From NCBI GenBank assembly GCA_024346625.1, contig AP024666.1, positions 496,001 through 560,000 of the forward strand: DNA of 64,000 bases, given 5' to 3'. The stretch is from Williopsis jadinii. Lineage: Eukaryota. Shown here one piece after another: positions 57,756 through 64,000 of the stretch; the first letter of the stretch is position 1; each line of letters starts with the position of its first letter. The notes beneath the pieces are model-generated. The model made no database searches. It had not been told where the DNA came from and saw only the letters and a program-made list of their open reading frames with translations. The translations under genes and the position numbers were made by a program.

Positions 57756-58015
57756 TCACACCCGTCTTATTGTTTATACCGTTTTCTTTCGCACTATAAA
57801 CTGTTGAATACCAAATGTTTTTACTTCATCGTCTAATTCTTAGCATAAAATGTAAGTGGTCTACAAGTAAAAGCTAATAGTATTAAAGCTCATTATATTA
57901 ATAAAAAGAAACCGCCCCAAAACAAACAACGATTTGCTGTATATTGACCCAAAGAGAAAGAAAAAGTGACTAAGCACGTGAAGAAGTTCAAAAACATTTT
58001 TGGTGGATTGATAAG

Positions 58016-59278
58016 CTAATACCCACATTGGTTTGGATACTGTCTGTTATCGAGAGGTTGTGGGAAGATACCGTTGTAGGCCAATTTCTGGAAATCCCAC
58101 TCACCGGCACTCTCCGTCTTCCAACACCAGAAGATCCAACCGGCGCCCTTCTCGAAGGCATCCAATTGTGCCTCAATATAACGTCTGTGGTTATCTCTTG
58201 TGGTTTGATCCCAAGATGAAATGTCTTGAGAACCATCGCAGGTACCATAGTAGGTGCTGGATTGGTAAGTTGCGTCGTAACGAGCGCCACGGTAAACACC
58301 GTTAAGCCATGGTGCACAATCAGTGAGAGCAGCGGACCATTCACCACAAACGTTCCACAAGTTCTCAGCGGTGGATTGCTCACCCCATTCGCAGGCAACT
58401 TGGACGTGTTCATCAATGGTTCTGGACAACTCACCAGTAGAGAACACCTGGTAGTGGTGGTGATCAATCACAACACCCCAGTATCCATCAGCCAATTGGA
58501 ACTTATCGTTGAAGTAGCCCATGCTTTGGAACCCATCATGGACAATGACGTTTTGTCTTGAACCAGCGTTACGGGCGTTCCAGTATGCGGTGTCCCAGAA
58601 TTCGTTCAACTTGGTCAAATCCAAGGAAGGACCCAGTGGCTCGTTCAGGAGTTCGATACCAATGATCACATCGTCATAGTCTGAACCTCCGTATTTGTCA
58701 AAGATGGTCTTCAAAACATTCAAAGTGACTTGGTCATTACCGTTGTTCTGGAACTGCAAACTGTCTCTCAAACCAGAGTTATCAAAACCGTTTTGAGAAC
58801 CTGGAGCACCGTGCAAGTCGATCCAGACGTATAAGCCTTGGTTTCTGGCCCATTGGATGGCCTTGTCCAAGTATTCAGCCTGGCCTTGGATATAAGGATC
58901 AGAGTCCAAAGTTTGGAAAGCCCAGTAACCAATTGGGATTCTAACCATGTTAAGACCAGTCCCCTTGATGCTCTCAAAGTCGGACTCAGTGATCCATGAG
59001 CTCCAATGTTGCTCAAGTCTCGATGCAGTCAACTGTTTACCCAAAGTCTGATGGTAATGGTATTCATCCACAGGGATGGTGTCGCCAAAAACTTCAAATA
59101 ACGAAGGGGTGATGTACGGTTCAAGCACAAGCCAACCACCAATGTTGACGCCTCGTATCTTGTCATTGTCGTAGTCAAAGCTACCTCTCTTGTACAGCTG
59201 TTGACCGCCACGGGATGGGATAGGAGTGGCGTTGATCAACAACGTCAAAAACGATAAGGTCAATAGCGAAAGTAGCAT
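58016..59278 (-). CDS. EXG1: Secreted exo-1,3-beta-glucanase (GH5)
   Basis: Signal peptide, KR Kex2 site, [46 protein letters not shown]. Confidence 0.94.
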   Translation of the reverse strand: MLLSLLTLSFLTLLINATPIPSRGGQQLYKRGSFDYDNDKIRGVNIGGWLVLEPYITPSLFEVFGDTIPVDEYHYHQTLGKQLTASRLEQHWSSWITESDFESIKGTGLNMVRIPIGYWAFQTLDSDPYIQGQAEYLDKAIQWARNQGLYVWIDLHGAPGSQNGFDNSGLRDSLQFQNNGNDQVTLNVLKTIFDKYGGSDYDDVIIGIELLNEPLGPSLDLTKLNEFWDTAYWNARNAGSRQNVIVHDGFQSMGYFNDKFQLADGYWGVVIDHHHYQVFSTGELSRTIDEHVQVACEWGEQSTAENLWNVCGEWSAALTDCAPWLNGVYRGARYDATYQSSTYYGTCDGSQDISSWDQTTRDNHRRYIEAQLDAFEKGAGWIFWCWKTESAGEWDFQKLAYNGIFPQPLDNRQYPNQCGY

Positions 59279-59810
59279 AGCTGTAGATGGTATGTGGGCA
59301 ATTGATTGTTAGAGGAGTAGCAAAGAGTCTAGAAGAAGGGTGCAATAATTATCCTCTTTTTTGTCAAATGATTTGCGTTGGCCTCTTTGACTCCTTAACT
59401 AAGTTTTATGTCCTCGTGCAAGGGAATCGAAAAAGGGCTTGAAGGGGCATAAAAGGGGGCGGGTTGTTCTAGAGCGAGATACCATTGATTTATATACAAA
59501 CTTTCAAACCAGCTAAATTCACTACAAGGTGCTCATATCTGGATCAGGAATTCAGGTGAGACTGACGTCTTGATTTGTGTCCTGAAACTGTGCAGGCATG
59601 CTATCGGCCGTCCCATGCGGTGCGTGTACGCTTTTTTAACCAGCAATGCATAATATTGTTCCCTAATTTGGAAGTGCACTTTTGGGTGTGGGTGGGAAGG
59701 CCGTACAGTTAACACAACCAACAAGGGAGTGAAGATAGTTTGTCTTGGAACACCCACATCCGTAAACACACGTGAGGCTTACAAGTTATATAAAAGAATA
59801 CGCACTTGGG

Positions 59811-60695
59811 GATCCAGTCTTCAGAGATCGACAATGTGGATGTATAGGTGGAAAGCGTATCCCTTTAATAATACATTCGTTGGAAGGCTCTACAGTTATT
59901 GAGTGATTCGTTTAGAATGGCATATCCAGTAACTGTCGTTGTAAACGTTAGATCAGTCCTTTCAAAGGTACGCACTGCGGGCGTGTACCGTGACTTGTGG
60001 TCCGTAATTTCGCTCTGGGACCTAAACCATTGGGCCCACGGGTGCCGGTGGAACAAGTACTAATTATAAATCGTTCCAAGTTTACGCGTTTCGCTCCTTT
60101 TTCCAGTGCGTGGGATTTATCTTTAGAACACGAAATTATAACGAAAATAGCGAAAAATAAAACTCTAACTTCCGCCTTTGATGAGTGGACGGCTACGCTA
60201 CCTGAATGTAGCGTGTGATGACACCTCAACGAAGCAATGATAAGCTAACAAACACACCGAGGAGTTCAATCGGGGTTGAAGGCCACATGGAAAACACACC
60301 TTGGGCGTCTGGTTCCACTGAAACAAGTTTTCTCGGCTACAAGCCACCCCGTTGCTTGGCTCAGTGGCTCCCAAAAGCGTACAGTTTCGTATGCCACCAG
60401 AGTTTTATGTTGGAACATGTGGGAGGAAATTTCAGCCTTTTGTTTACTTTGGCGATCCTAGGAGGACACCCAGCACGCTGATCTCACTATGTGGGATTAC
60501 AAACGATAGTTCCGGTCGACATGTCTGTGCTTGTAGCACACACTACATCTGCGAAGTGTCAAACGTTTACATCTCGCAGTTTGTCAGCACCTTGGATGAT
60601 GACCCAGTTGCAGTGTAAACTCTCTCGTGATTGTTTGTCGAGTTCGCCTTATACATCCTGAACTGCTGGATTAAACTTAAAGTCAATTTTTGGTG
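59811..60695 (+). ncRNA. Candidate structured Sm-class non-coding RNA (possible telomerase RNA)
   Basis: TATATAAAAG at 59787-59796, nested helices with G-U pairs, long-range pairing of 59811-59852 with 60643-60672, Sm site AATTTTTGG at 60685-60693, no credible ORF; template not identified. Confidence 0.45.
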
Positions 60696-61525
60696 AAGTA
60701 GACCTGACCAATACCCCCTTCAGATAACGTAGACCTTATACACATCCCCCTTTGGGATAATTGAGAAGATGAGTGAAACTCAGTTGCTAATAACATACAG
60801 ATTAGAGTCATCGTCCCAGTTGAAATTCAACCACTGAAATCATTTGCAGACGCGACGTGCCTGCGAAACGCCCAGCTAGGTAATTTTGCTGCGAAATTGA
60901 GCCAGCTCCAGCCACCGCGATTTCATCTATCGTTGTGAATTAGGCGCAGTTAGAACCACCCTGTCTGTATGTAGAAGCGTGTTTCCTGCTTCAATTGATC
61001 GGTGCTACAAGTCTCCAGAGTTATAATAGAGCTCTGCAAGATGTGATATTTCTGTATATGTTGTAAAGTATTGAAAATAGTAGTAGGAAAACCGGATTCT
61101 GGCCTCGTTCAATAGCGCCCATTACTTCGCACAATGATTTTTATTCGTCTTCTCCAGGATCAGAATGTTTAGATGTTCGGGTGTTTGGTGTCCTGTGGTT
61201 TTCTTATTATGCACCTCTATTGTTCAACAGGCACCGCGAGCTGGTGCGCAAGCCACCTCAATTAATCACTTGCATTACTGACGTTTCTCTCATGGCCAAC
61301 AGGGGATACGCTACATGGAGTTAGAAGCCTAGTTGATGCGCCTTTGAGTGGTTTTCGATCTACACCTTTGGTCTCCGCTATCCCCATTGATTAGTGTATA
61401 GTGTACTCTTGCAGGTTGACATATGTCATATGCGGTGTAAAACATCATTAGTTCGCTTCTTATACATTGTGCATCATAATAATCTGTCGTTTACATATAG
61501 TCATAAATCTAACATCGCTGGAATA

Positions 61526-63805
61526 TCAAACTGAGAAGTGTGCCTTCATCTCGTTCTTGTTATCCTCGTACTCATCAAGGGCATAGCTTTCACGCTCGCC
61601 GAACCGAATGCTGCGGAAGAAAGTATCAGGTGGCGTACAGGTACCAAGTGCCCTTCTTGCGTGGCTATCAAGGTATGTCAATCCAACGATATAACTGGCA
61701 TTGACCCAGCCAAACCCTTCAGTTGCGACACCTTTGAAATCAGCACCTTGGTTACCATACTCAGCCTCAACCCTATGGGGATCTGTGGCCCTTGTAACGT
61801 TGTACTTTTCCACAACTATACCATTGTAGTCAACAAATGCCTTCGTCATCAGATACAACCAACGGTAAGCAATTCTTCTTGCTACATTCTCATACCCATA
61901 TTGTTTAAACCCTGCCCATGCAAGAATTTGCTGTGGAGCCCAACCAAATGGATAATCCCACTGTCTTGAAGGTCTATCCAATGATATCTCACCACGAGAC
62001 TTTTCAGTACCGGATACAATACCTCCCAGCTCTTCAAATAGCGCTAAAGCCTTCACCAGTCTGGTTGCCTGTTCTTTGCTGGAACAGCCTGCCCACAATG
62101 CCCAAAAAGTAGTTGCTGACTCGTAATTTGTTTGCAATCTCAACTTAACGTTATAGTCAAAATACATTCCTTTCTCCTCGTTCCATAAATACTTGTCAAT
62201 ACGCTCCCTTCTTAATTTTGCCCTTTCTTCCCATTCGTGCGAAGATTCCACAATGTTATTTCTAGAGCTGAACTTATCGTTGAAATAAGTCTTGATCAGG
62301 TGGGCAATGTCAACTTCGTACTTGTATAGCAAAGAGTTCAAGTCCACAGTGGCGAGATTAGCACAGATACCTTCCAATCGATAAGACGTATCGTGTCCAC
62401 TTTCTCTCACAGCCCTATCATGTGTAAAGTAATCGTCCAAGGCTGGTTCCTTCACTTCACCGCTGTTGTACTTGTCCATAAATTCCTTTATAGATATACC
62501 ATGTTTCAATGCATAAGGTCCCAAAATGGAGTCAAAATGAGTAGCTTCTGTCTCCGGTGGGACACCACAACCTGAAGGGTGATAACAAGACAACCCTGTT
62601 TCAATGTCAAGTCTTGGTTCAGCGGTCCACACAGTCTTGTATTCCTTGATAGCAGCACGAAGTGCTCTACTCAAGAGGTCAAAAGCCTCAGGATTCTTTT
62701 GGCCACCCATTGCCTCAAACACTCGGATGGACATATCGGTTAGGAACGGTGGTTGAGAGCGTGTGAGATAGTAGGATCTGTTTGCATTGAGTATTTTTCC
62801 ATAGTGTTCAATCTCAAATATAAAATGCTCAACCATACCTCTAGCCAGATCCACTTTACCGTTAATGATCAGCCCCAATGACTCCATATACGAGTCCCAT
62901 CCGTACAGCTCGTTGAATCGACCACCTGGAACAACATACGGAAACGAAGCAACCTTATCTTCACCTGTTTCAGGGTCATAGTGGTGTTCCATTGCCAGTG
63001 CAAGCAAGCCTGGGCGTGTATTGATTGATTGAACATACTCCGGCGTGATATCCTTTGGTAGATATTCAACGTCCAGATTTAAATCTGGTTGTGCCTTAGC
63101 GGCTTGGGTGTAATACTCAAACTGATCAGGGCAATCATAAGGGATGTAAACCCTTGGGTTCGAGGGGATCTTTGTATCCTTAGCAAACACTGCAATCGAC
63201 TTATCATCAATGCGGCGTGTTAATGATTTCCAAAACTGGGTAGAGATCAAACGTGTCAATCTATCAACGGGGTTCTCGTTAAGTCTTGCCTCATCTAGGA
63301 ACATTTGGTTTCTCCCAAATCTCTTCGCAATAGTCAACTCTTGCAATAAGTTTGAAAGCATATAGGTGCCTCTAATGTCTTTCTGGTTGAACCCGTTAGA
63401 ATTAACAGTGCCCAACTTAAGGACCTTCGGCCCGGTATCTTCAATGGTGATTTGACAGTTGTTATCGGTATCCTCATTACGCAGCAACTCATTTAGAGTA
63501 GCATCGATATCCGAGATGAAGAAACGGCGTCCTCTAGCTCCACCTTGCAGTCCTGTTTCATCCTGTGATCCACGTCTCTTGATCGAGTCCCTCACACTGT
63601 CTCTGAAAGTGTTGATATTGGACATGTTGTTCATCACAGACTTGGTTCTCGTTCTCGCCATTCTGGATCCCGCTGGCGCCCTTGCAGGGTCAGTCTTTGG
63701 ACCATAGTAATCCTCGGCCAATTGGAAAGGGTTATAGTCCTCATTTGAAGATGTTCTGCGTCTGTGCCGTTGATTATCACGTAACTGTTCAGAGGTAGTT
63801 TCCAT
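61526..63805 (-). CDS. NTH1: Neutral trehalase (GH37)
   Basis: PKA sites RRTS and RRGS, Ca-binding [66 protein letters not shown]. Confidence 0.95.
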   Translation of the reverse strand: METTSEQLRDNQRHRRRTSSNEDYNPFQLAEDYYGPKTDPARAPAGSRMARTRTKSVMNNMSNINTFRDSVRDSIKRRGSQDETGLQGGARGRRFFISDIDATLNELLRNEDTDNNCQITIEDTGPKVLKLGTVNSNGFNQKDIRGTYMLSNLLQELTIAKRFGRNQMFLDEARLNENPVDRLTRLISTQFWKSLTRRIDDKSIAVFAKDTKIPSNPRVYIPYDCPDQFEYYTQAAKAQPDLNLDVEYLPKDITPEYVQSINTRPGLLALAMEHHYDPETGEDKVASFPYVVPGGRFNELYGWDSYMESLGLIINGKVDLARGMVEHFIFEIEHYGKILNANRSYYLTRSQPPFLTDMSIRVFEAMGGQKNPEAFDLLSRALRAAIKEYKTVWTAEPRLDIETGLSCYHPSGCGVPPETEATHFDSILGPYALKHGISIKEFMDKYNSGEVKEPALDDYFTHDRAVRESGHDTSYRLEGICANLATVDLNSLLYKYEVDIAHLIKTYFNDKFSSRNNIVESSHEWEERAKLRRERIDKYLWNEEKGMYFDYNVKLRLQTNYESATTFWALWAGCSSKEQATRLVKALALFEELGGIVSGTEKSRGEISLDRPSRQWDYPFGWAPQQILAWAGFKQYGYENVARRIAYRWLYLMTKAFVDYNGIVVEKYNVTRATDPHRVEAEYGNQGADFKGVATEGFGWVNASYIVGLTYLDSHARRALGTCTPPDTFFRSIRFGERESYALDEYEDNKNEMKAHFSV

Positions 63806-63916
63806 TGTCCTGTTCTGAATATGTGGATATCGTGTCTGTTACTTTGTCCTCTTAGAAGGTGGTCACCAGTTGTGTCACAAAACCAGCAGAAACCACAAAA
63901 AAAGCAAATGTCGGCT

Positions 63917-63993
63917 AGGGGAGAAAATGCCAGCGATAAAATTGACCTCCGCGCTACGAAATTTAGCCTAGTGCACACTCTCTGATGGAGGGG
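63917..63993. promoter_or_regulatory. Two STRE elements (AGGGG) upstream of NTH1
   Basis: AGGGG at 63917-63921 and 63989-63993; NTH1 is a known Msn2/4 STRE target in S. cerevisiae. Confidence 0.5.
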
Positions 63994-64000
63994 GAGTTAT

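Noticed and set aside
60060..60170. Minus-strand TLC1-like pseudoknot wording (AAAGATAAATCCCAC)
   Set aside because: Short match recalled from memory; no minus-strand Sm site or template found, and G-U bias favours the + strand

Overview
Gene-dense 64 kb window of a budding-yeast (Saccharomycotina) chromosome. It uses the standard code (CTG encodes Leu in the UTR4 LLLDIEG motif), has many short introns with GTGAGT donors, and shows a pre-whole-genome-duplication gene order; a Phaffomycetaceae-type yeast such as Cyberlindnera is an inference only. I find about 31 protein-coding genes: FKS3, two tandem GAS1-family genes, PXR1, PSE1, a CBS/PB1 protein, YOR1, ZUO1, ELP6, a Zn2Cys6 factor, TGL3, a possible Nse6/Kre29, a ketopantoate reductase, a patatin lipase, UTR4, RAD23, RAD7, SDT1, RMD9, an orphan, a bHLH factor, VPS20, HEM2, a PITH protein, a C45 Ntn-hydrolase, an amidase, ATP14, YHC1, GSP1, EXG1 and NTH1. 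There is also one tRNA-Glu(TTC), and I reconstructed 11 introns by hand. The most striking unannotated element is a ~880-nt interval with no credible ORF between EXG1 and NTH1. It has its own TATA box, extensive nested helices, 5'/3' long-range pairing and a terminal Sm site, making it a candidate telomerase RNA or other Sm-class ncRNA. Other highlights: an accessory C45-hydrolase/amidase pair, head-to-head RAD23/RAD7, matching RFX X-boxes upstream of PSE1 and GSP1, gene-conversion tracts in the GAS pair, and three AAG splice acceptors. All homology calls are by eye and from memory; no searches were run.
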